Assembly: GCA_964588925.1 (NCBI GenBank)
Contig: CAZPTI010000001.1
Coordinates: 26,933 to 90,932, forward strand
Direction of reading: 5' to 3'
Source: an uncultured Anaerolineales bacterium
GTDB taxonomy: Bacteria; Chloroflexota; Anaerolineae; CG2-30-64-16
Length of the DNA: 64,000 bases
The position numbers and the translations under genes were made by a program. Below the pieces are notes generated by a model. It was given only the letters and a program-made list of their open reading frames with translations, was not told the DNA's origin and made no database searches. Positions 54,202 through 63,097 of this stretch are shown here, in pieces; position 1 is the first letter of the stretch, and every line of letters begins with the position of its first letter.

Positions 54202-55779
54202 TTACAGTCGATCCATCTCGATCGGGTCCAGCTCCAGCACATCCGGGTCGTCTTCCAGGATTTCCAGCGCATCATCCTCCGCGATACGCTGATACCCCTT
54301 CGCGCCGACGATCACGCTGTACACTTCCCCGCGATCCAACGGTCGGTTGAGCACGAACGCGCCGTCCGCCCCGGTCACGCCGAACGCAAAGACCGTGTTC
54401 TCCTTATTCTCCGTATCGTCCGCGTCGAAGTCGTCCACCGTCTGGCCGGGGATCAGAATGGCAATCACCGCGTTGCGAATGGCGCGCTTGTTGGCGTGAT
54501 CGACGATGGCGCCCGTAATCGTCACGCCAGTGTCCTGCGCGGGCGGCTTCTGCGGCGGCCGGTTGGCGCCCGGCTGCCTGCCAACAGTGAAACCGGCTTC
54601 CTGCACCAGATCTCCACGCAGGAACACCTGCAAGTTGTACTCGCCATCGGTCAGGCCGCGCTTGCCGCTCAGGCTCAGGTCCAGCACGCCCGAAGTCCCG
54701 AAGTCCCACTCCAACTCCGGCTCGCCCGTCACGTCCTGGCCCTCGTACTGCCACGTATAGCCCCACGACGTGCCGTTGCGCATATTTTCATACGGCAGCC
54801 CCGCGTGCACTTCCTTGATGCCAGTCGGGAACACCTCGGCCTCGCCCGTGATGCCGCTGTTGTCGTCAAACCCAGCGCCGAAGGTAATTTCGCCGAACGA
54901 ACCGCGGCCCGTCGTCTGGCCGGGTGGGTTGGACGGATTCTTCGGCGGGGTTGCCACCTGGCCGCCGCTGGCGCCGACGCGACGCGCCTCTTCGATGTAG
55001 GGCACCGCGCGGTTCACCGGGCGGATCAGGTAAATCACGTTGCCAGAGCGGTCTTGCAGTCGCTGCGTCGGCACGCCGATCAACTCGCCGTTCGCGTTTA
55101 GCGCAGCGCCGCCCGAGTTGCCCTGGTTTACCAGTACGTCGGTTTTGAACCAGTCAAAAACGTCGTCGCCGTCCTCGTCCAGGAAGCCGGAGATGCGGCC
55201 CTCGGTAGCGGTGACCGTGTCACCCGCTATGCCGGGATAACCTACCACAATCACATCGTCAAGCGTTTCGACTGTGTCCGAATCTGCCATCGGCATGGTC
55301 ACGACCGGCAACGTATCGCCGATCTTCTGTTTGCTGTTGAACAGAGCAATGACCTTGAGCACGGCAATGTCGAGCTTCGGGTCGACGGAGAGCGCCTGCG
55401 CGACATAGGCTGGCTTCGGCAGCTTACGCGGATCGTCCGTCACCGCGATAACCGAGAGCGCTTTCGAGTTGAAGAAGTCGCCGGGCTGGAGGCCGAGCGC
55501 TTCCAAATCCTCATCCCGAATGCCGTCATCCGGGTAGCCGATGCAGTGGAAGTTGGTCAGGATGTACCCTTCCTGGTCGAGCATGGAGCCGGAGCACAGG
55601 CTGCCCGCATTTTCATCGGCATCCAGAGGCGTCAGGATTTTGACCGACGCGCGCAAGATGCGCTGCGCGATGTCCTTATCGACCGCCTGCGCTGGCCGCG
55701 CGCTGCCGACGAGGCTGAACGCAATGCTGACCAGAACCAGGGCCGCGAGAATCCATGTTTTGCTCTGTCGCTTCATCAT
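54202..55779 (-). CDS. Secreted S1C trypsin-like serine protease with C-terminal beta-sandwich (carboxypeptidase-regulatory-like) domains
   Basis: Signal peptide MMKRQSKTWILAALVLVSIAFSLVGSARPAQA, then TNFHC, DIAVLKV and NQGNSGGAALN. The C-terminus is GVTITGAIVD...VTGADGAFVL. Confidence 0.8.
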   Translation of the reverse strand: MMKRQSKTWILAALVLVSIAFSLVGSARPAQAVDKDIAQRILRASVKILTPLDADENAGSLCSGSMLDQEGYILTNFHCIGYPDDGIRDEDLEALGLQPGDFFNSKALSVIAVTDDPRKLPKPAYVAQALSVDPKLDIAVLKVIALFNSKQKIGDTLPVVTMPMADSDTVETLDDVIVVGYPGIAGDTVTATEGRISGFLDEDGDDVFDWFKTDVLVNQGNSGGAALNANGELIGVPTQRLQDRSGNVIYLIRPVNRAVPYIEEARRVGASGGQVATPPKNPSNPPGQTTGRGSFGEITFGAGFDDNSGITGEAEVFPTGIKEVHAGLPYENMRNGTSWGYTWQYEGQDVTGEPELEWDFGTSGVLDLSLSGKRGLTDGEYNLQVFLRGDLVQEAGFTVGRQPGANRPPQKPPAQDTGVTITGAIVDHANKRAIRNAVIAILIPGQTVDDFDADDTENKENTVFAFGVTGADGAFVLNRPLDRGEVYSVIVGAKGYQRIAEDDALEILEDDPDVLELDPIEMDRL

Positions 55780-55785
55780 CCACCC

Positions 55786-56391
55786 CTACTTCAACTCAAC
55801 CGAACCCAGGATGCGATCCCACGTCGCGCCAAGACCGTCGAAAGCGTCAGAAGCGGCGAGCATTCGCACGACTGTCAGCGTATCGCCGTTGCGCAGGAGC
55901 GCGTCTGAGCCGCGCGCCACGATGGGCAGCGCATCGGCGGAGGCGAACATCGGGTCGGCCACGTACGCATAATCCACGCGCACCGCATCCTTGCCGCGCA
56001 CCTGCGTCGGCTCGATGCTCAACACGCGGTACCCCAGCAAGTCCTTCGCCTGCTGATCCGACCACTTCAACGCGAAGTCACCCAGCGATTGAGCGGTGCG
56101 GCTCACATCCGCTGCGGGCAACTGCTGCGCAACGACGCGGGCGGGGAACAGATCGCCGAACCCCTCGCCCACGCTCAACACCACACCCGGCGCGTCGCTC
56201 GCGATCGGCGTCCAGCCAGCCGGATAGCTCAAGGAGAGACCGCCTTCGTTGAAGGTCGTCGTCCGGTTGACCACGAGCGTCCGCGCGACCAGGCCGATCA
56301 GCAGCAGGACGCCTACCAGCAGCCACACGAGCCATTCGGGCTCTTCTTCACGGAACGTGCGTCGTCGAGGAGACAGAGTTGTGGCGGTCAT
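55786..56391 (-). CDS. Hypothetical membrane-anchored protein
   Basis: Single TM helix (WLVWLLVGVLLLIGLVA) followed by a ~150-aa ectodomain with no motif I recognise. It overlaps the upstream gene by 4 nt. Confidence 0.6.
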   Translation of the reverse strand: MTATTLSPRRRTFREEEPEWLVWLLVGVLLLIGLVARTLVVNRTTTFNEGGLSLSYPAGWTPIASDAPGVVLSVGEGFGDLFPARVVAQQLPAADVSRTAQSLGDFALKWSDQQAKDLLGYRVLSIEPTQVRGKDAVRVDYAYVADPMFASADALPIVARGSDALLRNGDTLTVVRMLAASDAFDGLGATWDRILGSVELK

Positions 56392-57338
56392 TGGGACGCT
56401 CCTCCCGCGGCAGGCGCAGGCCGCGCGCCACGGCGCATAACGGCAAACAGGACCGCAAAGGTCACGGCGGCGAGGACGGCGGCGAGAATCAGGCCGTTGA
56501 GCGGCGTGGGGCGCAGGCCGCTGCGCGTGATCTCACTAAGCAAGGTCGTGACGACGCCGTTCAATACGGCCGCCAGCAACAGGCCCACGGGCAGCCAGAA
56601 CGGCCCGCGGTTCTCGAATTTCGCGCGGCCGAGGAAATAACCGGTGACGCCGGCAAAGGAAGCCTGCGCCAGCGCAACCACGGCCACGCGCACCGCGCCC
56701 ACGCCGAGGTCAACGCCGCCATTGGAGAGCACGTAGTCGACGTTGAGGTAAGTCGCGTAGCCGAGGCCAGCGGCGGCGCCGTAAATGATGCCGTCGATGC
56801 GCTCGTCAAACTCCGCGCTGCCGAATACGCTGTAGCGCACCGCCGCGTACTTGAGAAATTCCTGCGTGATGCCGACGATGACGACGCCGGCCAGCAGACG
56901 CAATCCCAGGCTGCCGCCGGCCCACTCATTGACGCGGAACACATCGCGGATAAGCGGTTGGCCGACCGCTGCGGCCAGCAGCAGGCCGAGGATGAACACA
57001 CCCGCGAGATACTGCTTCGGTTCCGGCTCGGTGCGGTCCTGGAGGTAAAAGACGACCAGCCAGATCACAGCAGGGACAAGGGCAAGCAGCAGGCCGACCG
57101 CCACCAGCGCCGTCCCACTCAGCGCATTTTCGGGCGCGAGGAAGAACACTGCGGCCACGAAGGCAGCCAGCCCAACGATCAGGGCCGCCATCGCCGTCCA
57201 CATGCCCTTGCGATTTCGCCCGACGCGACCGTAATGCTCGTCGCAAAACGCGCGGCCGCCAAGCATTCTCGCCGCGCCCGTCACCGGTTTTCCGCACACA
57301 CAACAAACTTCACCCACCATAAACACATCCCTCCTCAC
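56388..57338 (-). CDS. PrsW-family intramembrane protease with an N-terminal zinc ribbon
   Basis: CCVCGKPV...FCDEHY, multiple TM helices, ITQEFLKY (ExxK-type motif) and DGIIYGAAAGLGYATYLN, which resemble PrsW signatures. Confidence 0.55.
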   Translation of the reverse strand: MRRDVFMVGEVCCVCGKPVTGAARMLGGRAFCDEHYGRVGRNRKGMWTAMAALIVGLAAFVAAVFFLAPENALSGTALVAVGLLLALVPAVIWLVVFYLQDRTEPEPKQYLAGVFILGLLLAAAVGQPLIRDVFRVNEWAGGSLGLRLLAGVVIVGITQEFLKYAAVRYSVFGSAEFDERIDGIIYGAAAGLGYATYLNVDYVLSNGGVDLGVGAVRVAVVALAQASFAGVTGYFLGRAKFENRGPFWLPVGLLLAAVLNGVVTTLLSEITRSGLRPTPLNGLILAAVLAAVTFAVLFAVMRRGARPAPAAGGASQ

Positions 57339-57344
57339 GGTGTC

Positions 57345-58706
57345 TCACAAATCCGAACTTTCCTCGCCGGCGGCATTCGCAAAGACCAGCCCCGCCGTTT
57401 GAATGACCCCCTGCGCGTAGGCGTCCAAACCCTGACGTCGACGCTCGATCTCGCGCAGGTTCATGCGCGCTCGGCGTCCGCCGTCGGGCAAGGAATACTC
57501 GAATCCCAGCGCATGTCGCAGCCACTTCTCGGCCTCCGCCAGTTGATCCTTTTGCAGCAGCAGGTAGCCGAGGTTTGCCGCAGCGCCCGCATTCTTCGGG
57601 TCCGCGCGTAGCTCTTGCCGCAGCAGCGCCTCGCGGTTATCGCGGCCGTCATCCTCGCTACTGCCAACAAAACGACGCCCCACATCGAAGACGATGTCTT
57701 CCACCAGCTCCTTGAAGTCCTGCGGTCGCTGCGTCTCCGCGCGGTGGCGAACGAGGCAGCGGCTGCGCGGGACGATAAAGTCCAACTCTTCGGGCACGCG
57801 AATGATCAGCTTAACTGACTGCGCTTCGAGGTTCGAGATGTTCAGGTCGATCTGCTCGCCGCCGTCAACGACTGCATTGATCAACTCCTCGTGGTCTTCA
57901 TACATCAACGAATGCACCAGGATCGGCCATTCGTTCCGGTTTATGAGGTGAACGGTCCCCGGCTCCTTCTCAAGCACCAGCCCGTCACCCTCGAAGCGGC
58001 TGCCGGTTTCGAGCGCCACGTCGCGGCGCAGGGGATAGCGCACGTCGAGGATTTCGATGAAATCCTGGCTGTAATTCTTGAAAATGCCGACGTGCTCGTG
58101 AATGTCCTTGCCTTCGAGCAACTCGATCACGACGCGGCTGCCGATGTAACGCTCCAGCAGCGGATCGTAAATCGACCCCACCTGGCCGAGCACCTTGCCG
58201 CTGAGGCTCTTGATCGAAGACGTGCCGTCTGCCGCGATATAGCGGCCACCGGTCTTTCCGGCGCGGCCGAGTACGAGGCCGAAAACTTCATTTAGAGAAT
58301 CTGTGGCCGTGCCGAGGAAGTTCTGCGCGCTGCGCCGAAAGCGCCGCCCTATGCTGGGATGAAATGAGGAGTCAATGTCTCTCGCGCGCTGCTGCTTATT
58401 CTTGTCGGAGAGCTGCGCAACGTAGCGGTAGAGCGCCTGGATGTCGGCGTATTCGTTAGCGTAGAGGAGGTAAGAGGATTCGAGGTGGCGTTCGTCTTGC
58501 ACGGTGTCGGTATAGACGAACTCCATGCCGGTCGAGACCACATGGAGCTCGCCCCATACCAGCTTGCCGTTAGCGCGTTCGAGGGTAACGTGAAATCCTT
58601 CCCAAGACTTCAGGCAACGATCTCTCGTTTTGGTACGCAAATATGCGGCCGTCAGGGAGAGGAAGAAGATGACGCCGATGGTGATGATCAGCGAGAGATC
58701 GATCAT
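57345..58706 (-). CDS. Hypothetical protein with an N-terminal TM helix and C-terminal TPR-like repeats
   Basis: Start set to ATG 58706 (MIDLSLIITIGVIFFLSLTAAYL); the longer ORF-track N-terminus overlaps the upstream gene. The C-terminus is AANLGYLLLQKDQLAEAEKWLRHAL. Confidence 0.65.
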   Translation of the reverse strand: MIDLSLIITIGVIFFLSLTAAYLRTKTRDRCLKSWEGFHVTLERANGKLVWGELHVVSTGMEFVYTDTVQDERHLESSYLLYANEYADIQALYRYVAQLSDKNKQQRARDIDSSFHPSIGRRFRRSAQNFLGTATDSLNEVFGLVLGRAGKTGGRYIAADGTSSIKSLSGKVLGQVGSIYDPLLERYIGSRVVIELLEGKDIHEHVGIFKNYSQDFIEILDVRYPLRRDVALETGSRFEGDGLVLEKEPGTVHLINRNEWPILVHSLMYEDHEELINAVVDGGEQIDLNISNLEAQSVKLIIRVPEELDFIVPRSRCLVRHRAETQRPQDFKELVEDIVFDVGRRFVGSSEDDGRDNREALLRQELRADPKNAGAAANLGYLLLQKDQLAEAEKWLRHALGFEYSLPDGGRRARMNLREIERRRQGLDAYAQGVIQTAGLVFANAAGEESSDL

Positions 58707-58719
58707 ATAGTGTTTTCGG

Positions 58720-58974
58720 TTATTTGAGCCTTGCGCGCACCTGATCCACAATAAATTCGTTCGTCGTGTGCTTGCCGGTTGCGGCCTTCGAGTAGACAAG
58801 CTGCCCGTCCAGCGTCACCTCGAAGCGACCATTGCCCGAGGGGATAAGTTGAATGGACTCAATCGGATGGCGTCCGCCAACAATGGGCTTGAACGTGTTC
58901 ACCAGCGTCTCCGTCAAACTGACGGCCCGGGGCGTGTAGTTTCAAGCGATGCAGAATTCGATGGTGACTTTCAT
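58720..58974 (-). CDS. Rdx/SelW-like redox protein, predicted selenoprotein (in-frame UGA at 58942-58944, CxxU)
   Basis: ATG 58974 (SD GAGGGGAAG) reads MKVTIEFCIA-UGA-NYTPRAVS and runs in frame into the ORF-track ORF 58720-58917 (LTETLVNTF...LIPSGNGRFEVTLDGQLVYSKAATGK...). The pattern IEFC..U.Y..RA...L..F...LIP...G.FEV..DG.L.YSK..TG matches the Rdx family. Confidence 0.7.
58887..58947 (-). promoter_or_regulatory. SECIS-like stem-loop enclosing the UGA
   Basis: The minus-strand RNA has a 7-bp basal stem GCUUGAA (58947-58941, containing the UGA) paired with UUCAAGC (58893-58887). An apical hairpin CCGUC-AGUUU-GACGG (58925-58911) starts 16 nt after the UGA and has G at loop position 2. Confidence 0.5.
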
Positions 58975-59132
58975 GGCTTCCCCTCTGCCTCTTGCCGGGC
59001 GTGCTGCACGATCTGGCGGACTCCCACTGACGCGGCTGGCTCGTAGCGGTGTCGAGGAGCGCCATGAACTGCTGGAAGGACGAGTTCAGGGCAAGGGTTC
59101 CTCACCCCGCGAAACGACAACGATCAGGCGAC

Positions 59133-59354
59133 TCAGACAACCGGGCGCGTGACGCTGCGCGACTGGGCGAGTTGCGCTTCCAGCTCGGCGCGGCGCTCGG
59201 CCGCGGCGCGCTTGCCCTCTTCGAGCACCAGGTTGATGCGCCCCTTGATGCTGCTTTTCGTCTGCTCGCCCGACTGCGGAGCCATGAAAAGCGCCACGGC
59301 AGCGCCGACCACTGCGCCGATAATCAAGCCCTCGAAGAACTTCCCACCGTCCAT
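59133..59354 (-). CDS. YtxH-domain protein
   Basis: MDGGKFFEGLIIGAVVGAAVALFMAPQSGEQTKSSIKGRI. ATG 59354 is preceded by GGAGAAGGAG. Confidence 0.75.
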   Translation of the reverse strand: MDGGKFFEGLIIGAVVGAAVALFMAPQSGEQTKSSIKGRINLVLEEGKRAAAERRAELEAQLAQSRSVTRPVV

Positions 59355-59444
59355 CTGACGCTCCTTCTCCCATAAACACAACTCGTGAGCGAACGCGCGC
59401 AAGTATAGCACATCGCCGCGGGCGTCAAAAAACCAACTTTATCG

Positions 59445-61184
59445 TTAACAATGCGCGACCATATAGAGACCGTCGCGCTCGAACCCCTGCGCCTCGTAGT
59501 AGCGCCGCGTGCCAATAGCCGAAATCACAGCCAGGCGCGCAAAACCCGCTTCTCGCGCCCGGCGCCGCGCCTCTAAAATGAGCCGTCGCCCCAGCCCGAG
59601 ATGCTGCGCCTCGCCCGCGCTGTCCGATCCGATGCCGAGCGCCGGGCCGTATACGTGCACCTCGCGGATCAACGCCGCGCCGCGCAATTCGGGCAGCGCC
59701 TGCCAGATTTCCGCCGTCTCGACGATAGCCGGTTGATCGCTGTTCAGCCGCGGCAGCGACAGCCGCAGAAAGCCCGCCAGCGCGCCCTCCGCCGTCTCGT
59801 AAGCAAGAAACTGCTCGCGCGTCCCGTCTGTGTCGTACTCCTCCACTGCCAGGCGCAGGTCACTCCACGCCACGCGCGCGCCGCGCACCTCGCGGCAGCG
59901 GATGCAGTTGCAGCGCCGCCCTTGCTCGGCCAGCAGCGAGAGCGCCAGTTGGCGCAAGTTGGACTTCTTGCTGCCCGCAACGATGTCATCCGCCGGGATG
60001 TCGCGGAAGACGCGATTGATGCGGCAGTAGCGGGGCACAATGGCTTTGCAATCGGCGACGAGGGGAACGAGTTCTTCATCTGTGTACGGTCGGAATTGGC
60101 CTGCGCGCCACAGGTCGTACAATTCCGTGCCGTCGATTATGGAGCACGGGTAAATCTTCAACTCATCGGGCCGAATGGCAGGGTCCGTCCACAGCCGCAC
60201 GAAATCGGCCCGATCCGACTCAGGCGTCGCGCCGAAGAGGTTCGGCATCCAGTGCAAGTGCAACTTGAACCCGGCCGCGCGCAGCAACCGCACCGCGCGG
60301 CGCACCGCCTCCACGTCGTGCCCGCGCTGGTTGAGCGTCAGGATGCGCTCGTCGAGGCTCTGGACGCCCAGCTGCACCTTGGTCACGCCCAGCCGCCGCA
60401 TATGCAGCACTTCGGCGGGCGTCACCCAGTCGGGCCGCGTCTCCACCACGAGGCCGACGTTGCGGTGCGTTGCGGACTCGTTCTGAGCCTGCGCGTCGAG
60501 CAAGGCAGGCCAGTCCATCGTCTCCCGCTCGCTTGACGCGGTCAGCGGCCCCAGATCGGTCGCGTCGACTTGATCCGCATCGTTCATCGCCTGCAAGCAC
60601 CGCCCGACGAACCACTGCCGGTACTGCTTCGAGTATGCGCCCCATGTGCCGCCGAGGATAAGCAACTCCACCTTGTCGGCCACGTGCCCCATTGACTTGA
60701 ACGCGGTGAGCCGCGTGACGACTTGGCGGTACGGGTCGAAACCGCACTGCTCCGCGCGGCGCGCGCCCGGCTCGTTGGGCAGGTAGCTCTTCGGCATATT
60801 GTCCGCATCGGGGCAGAAGATGCAGCGGCCGGGGCAGCCCGCCGGCTTGGTCAGCACCGTCACCGGCGCAACGCCGGAAGCGGTGCGCACCGGCTTCATT
60901 TGCAGCCGCCGTAGCGTCTCGCGCTCGAATGGAATGACGCCCGCCGCGGTCAGCTCCTTATATGCCATGACCAGCTCGATCTTGGCGTAGAAGCCGCTCT
61001 CGCCGCTTGCCAGGCTCGTCTTGTTCGCCTTCGGGTGTTGCGCTAGAATCCGCATCAACGATTCGTCGTCCCAGTCCGCCGCGTTGCGGACCGCATCGAA
61101 GATGCGCAGCAGCATCTCCTGATGGCTGCGAATATCAAAATCGCGGCCGTGGGGCCGCCATTCCTTCTTAACGTTATCGACCAT
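59445..61184 (-). CDS. elp3: Elp3-family radical SAM / GNAT enzyme (tRNA U34 cm5 modification type)
   Basis: Radical-SAM cluster motif GCPGRCIFCP, a TIM-barrel region (VQLGVQSLDERIL), and the C-terminal GNAT motif A HLGLGRRLILEARRRAREAGFARLAVISAIGTRRYYEAQGF. Confidence 0.85.
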   Translation of the reverse strand: MVDNVKKEWRPHGRDFDIRSHQEMLLRIFDAVRNAADWDDESLMRILAQHPKANKTSLASGESGFYAKIELVMAYKELTAAGVIPFERETLRRLQMKPVRTASGVAPVTVLTKPAGCPGRCIFCPDADNMPKSYLPNEPGARRAEQCGFDPYRQVVTRLTAFKSMGHVADKVELLILGGTWGAYSKQYRQWFVGRCLQAMNDADQVDATDLGPLTASSERETMDWPALLDAQAQNESATHRNVGLVVETRPDWVTPAEVLHMRRLGVTKVQLGVQSLDERILTLNQRGHDVEAVRRAVRLLRAAGFKLHLHWMPNLFGATPESDRADFVRLWTDPAIRPDELKIYPCSIIDGTELYDLWRAGQFRPYTDEELVPLVADCKAIVPRYCRINRVFRDIPADDIVAGSKKSNLRQLALSLLAEQGRRCNCIRCREVRGARVAWSDLRLAVEEYDTDGTREQFLAYETAEGALAGFLRLSLPRLNSDQPAIVETAEIWQALPELRGAALIREVHVYGPALGIGSDSAGEAQHLGLGRRLILEARRRAREAGFARLAVISAIGTRRYYEAQGFERDGLYMVAHC

Positions 61185-61917
61185 GCAACCTCACACCGTT
61201 CAAGCGTTGCTGGCGCTCAACCGGCAGTTCTACGACCAGTTCGGCGGAGACTTTGCCGCGACGCGGCGCTCGCATCCACCCGGATACGACCGGATTTTAC
61301 CTTATCTCGCTCGCGCGACCAACGTCCTGGATCTCGGGTGTGGCAGCGGGCGATTGCTGAGTTACCTCGCGCAGCGAGATTGGTCCGGGCTGTACGTTGG
61401 CCTTGATAGCAGCGCGCGCCTGTTGGAAGAGGCCGCCGCACTCCCGCTCGGCGCATCTCGCATCCAGCGCACGCTGATCCACGCAGACCTCTTTAACGCA
61501 CCCTGGCCTGAAGAAGTCCAGAAGCCGGGGACGTTTGACGCGCTCGTCAGTCTCGCCGTGCTCCAACACATCCCCGGCGCGGCAAACCGCGCCACCTTTT
61601 TGCGCCGGTGCGCGGGCCTGCTGCCTCAGGGCAAGCCCTTCATTTTGACCACGTGGCAGTTTATGGCGTCCGAGCGCCTGCGTAAGCGCCTCGTCCCGTG
61701 GGAGCGAGTCGGGATCTCCGAAGACGAACTGGAGCGGGGGGATTATCTTGTGGGGTGGGGGGAAGGGTCGCCGGGCGCGCGCTACTGCGCGCTGATCGAC
61801 GAGAGAGCGTTAATTAACATGGCCGCCGGGGTGGGGCTCGATGCGGTCGAGACCTTCACCTCCGACGGCCATGAGGGCAGACTGAACCTTTACGCAATTT
61901 TCGAGAGGCGTCCTTGA
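61183..61917 (+). CDS. Class I SAM-dependent methyltransferase, Trm9-like
   Basis: FYDQFGGDFAATRRSHPPGY, VLDLGCGSGRLL, FDALVSLAVLQHIP, LLPQGKPFILTTWQF, LVPWERV and RYCALIDERAL parallel Trm9 motifs (IAPHFSQTRYKPWP, DVGCGNGKYL, FDFAISIAVVHH, GGQALIYCWALEQ, FVPW, RYYHLY.EGEL). Confidence 0.65.
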   Translation: MQPHTVQALLALNRQFYDQFGGDFAATRRSHPPGYDRILPYLARATNVLDLGCGSGRLLSYLAQRDWSGLYVGLDSSARLLEEAAALPLGASRIQRTLIHADLFNAPWPEEVQKPGTFDALVSLAVLQHIPGAANRATFLRRCAGLLPQGKPFILTTWQFMASERLRKRLVPWERVGISEDELERGDYLVGWGEGSPGARYCALIDERALINMAAGVGLDAVETFTSDGHEGRLNLYAIFERRP

Positions 61918-61920
61918 TCG

Positions 61921-63066
61921 CTAGCGCCAGGTGAAGCGCCGCGTCACGCTCGCGGGACTGGTCGCTTCGCCGGGCTTGTCCGAGCCGCCCCGGCGCACCT
62001 GCACGCGCCATGTGTAATCGTGGCCCGCCGTGCCGTTTGGCCGGTAGTCGGTCGGCAGCCGCCACGTCGTGCTCTTCGTCCACCAGCTTGCGACCGGCGT
62101 TTCCTTCTCAGGAGACATCAAGGTCACTACGTACCATTCGTCGGGCGCCAACACCCCCACCGAGGTCCACGTGAGCAGCACCGAATCCTCACCCGTGATA
62201 ATGGCGCCATCGCCCGGCGTCAGCAGGCTGGGAGCGGTCAAGCCGGGGATTTCTGTCGGCGTGGGCGGGAGCGGCGTCACGGCAATCGTCGGCATGGGGG
62301 TCGGCGTGGCGGGCACCAGCGGGATCAACAGCGCGCGGCCGATATGAAGCGTCTCGCCCGGCTTCATGCTGTTTGCCTGCATGATCCAGTCGACCTGCGA
62401 CTTGAACCGCGCTGCCAGGCCAATGATCGTGTCGCCCGAAGCCACCGTGTACATCAGGCCAGTCGTGCCGGGGGTTGCGGTGGGACCAGGTCCGCCGGAC
62501 GGCCCCGCGACCGGAATCAGCAGCTCCTGCCCGATGCCGATGCGCCCGTCCGCGGGCAGCCCGTTTGCGGAGATAATGTCCTTGATCGAGGAGCCGTACT
62601 TTTGAGCAATCACCGCGACCGATTCGCCCGCGGCAACCTTGTGCTTGACCGGGCCGGCCGGCGTCGCAGCGACGGCCGCTGGCACGGGTGTCTCGGTTGG
62701 CGCAAGGGTGGGCGGCGGGAGCGGCGTGGGCGAAGGGGTTGCGGTAGGATCATCCAATTGGAGCGCCGCGACCAGCGCCACAGTAGGGGTCGCCGCGGCC
62801 CGTTGCGCGCTCAACACGTCCTGAGTGGCTGTCGTGCGCGGTTCGGGGGAGTCGGGCGCGCGCAACCACCAAATTGCCAGCACGCCCGCGATCACTGCGA
62901 ACAAGAACAAATCCGCCCACGGCAGGCGGAACCGGCGGCGAGGCGCAAATTCTAGCGCTGCGCCACAGAAGAAACAGGTTTGGGCTTTCTGAGCAACTCG
63001 TGTCCCGCAATGGGGACAGCTTCGTTGTTGGCCGTAGCTCGGCCGGGGTAAATGCGGTTCGCTCAT
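61921..63066 (-). CDS. Membrane-anchored protein with an N-terminal zinc ribbon, a Pro/Thr linker and two LysM domains
   Basis: CPHCGTRVAQKAQTCFFCG, TM helix LFLFAVIAGVLAIWWL, and LysM domains HKVAAGESVAVIAQKYGSSIKDIISANGL and YTVASGDTIIGLAARFKSQVDWIMQANSM. Confidence 0.8.
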   Translation of the reverse strand: MSEPHLPRPSYGQQRSCPHCGTRVAQKAQTCFFCGAALEFAPRRRFRLPWADLFLFAVIAGVLAIWWLRAPDSPEPRTTATQDVLSAQRAAATPTVALVAALQLDDPTATPSPTPLPPPTLAPTETPVPAAVAATPAGPVKHKVAAGESVAVIAQKYGSSIKDIISANGLPADGRIGIGQELLIPVAGPSGGPGPTATPGTTGLMYTVASGDTIIGLAARFKSQVDWIMQANSMKPGETLHIGRALLIPLVPATPTPMPTIAVTPLPPTPTEIPGLTAPSLLTPGDGAIITGEDSVLLTWTSVGVLAPDEWYVVTLMSPEKETPVASWWTKSTTWRLPTDYRPNGTAGHDYTWRVQVRRGGSDKPGEATSPASVTRRFTWR

Positions 63067-63097
63067 AGTATGAACAGATTATAATAATTGAAGTTAA

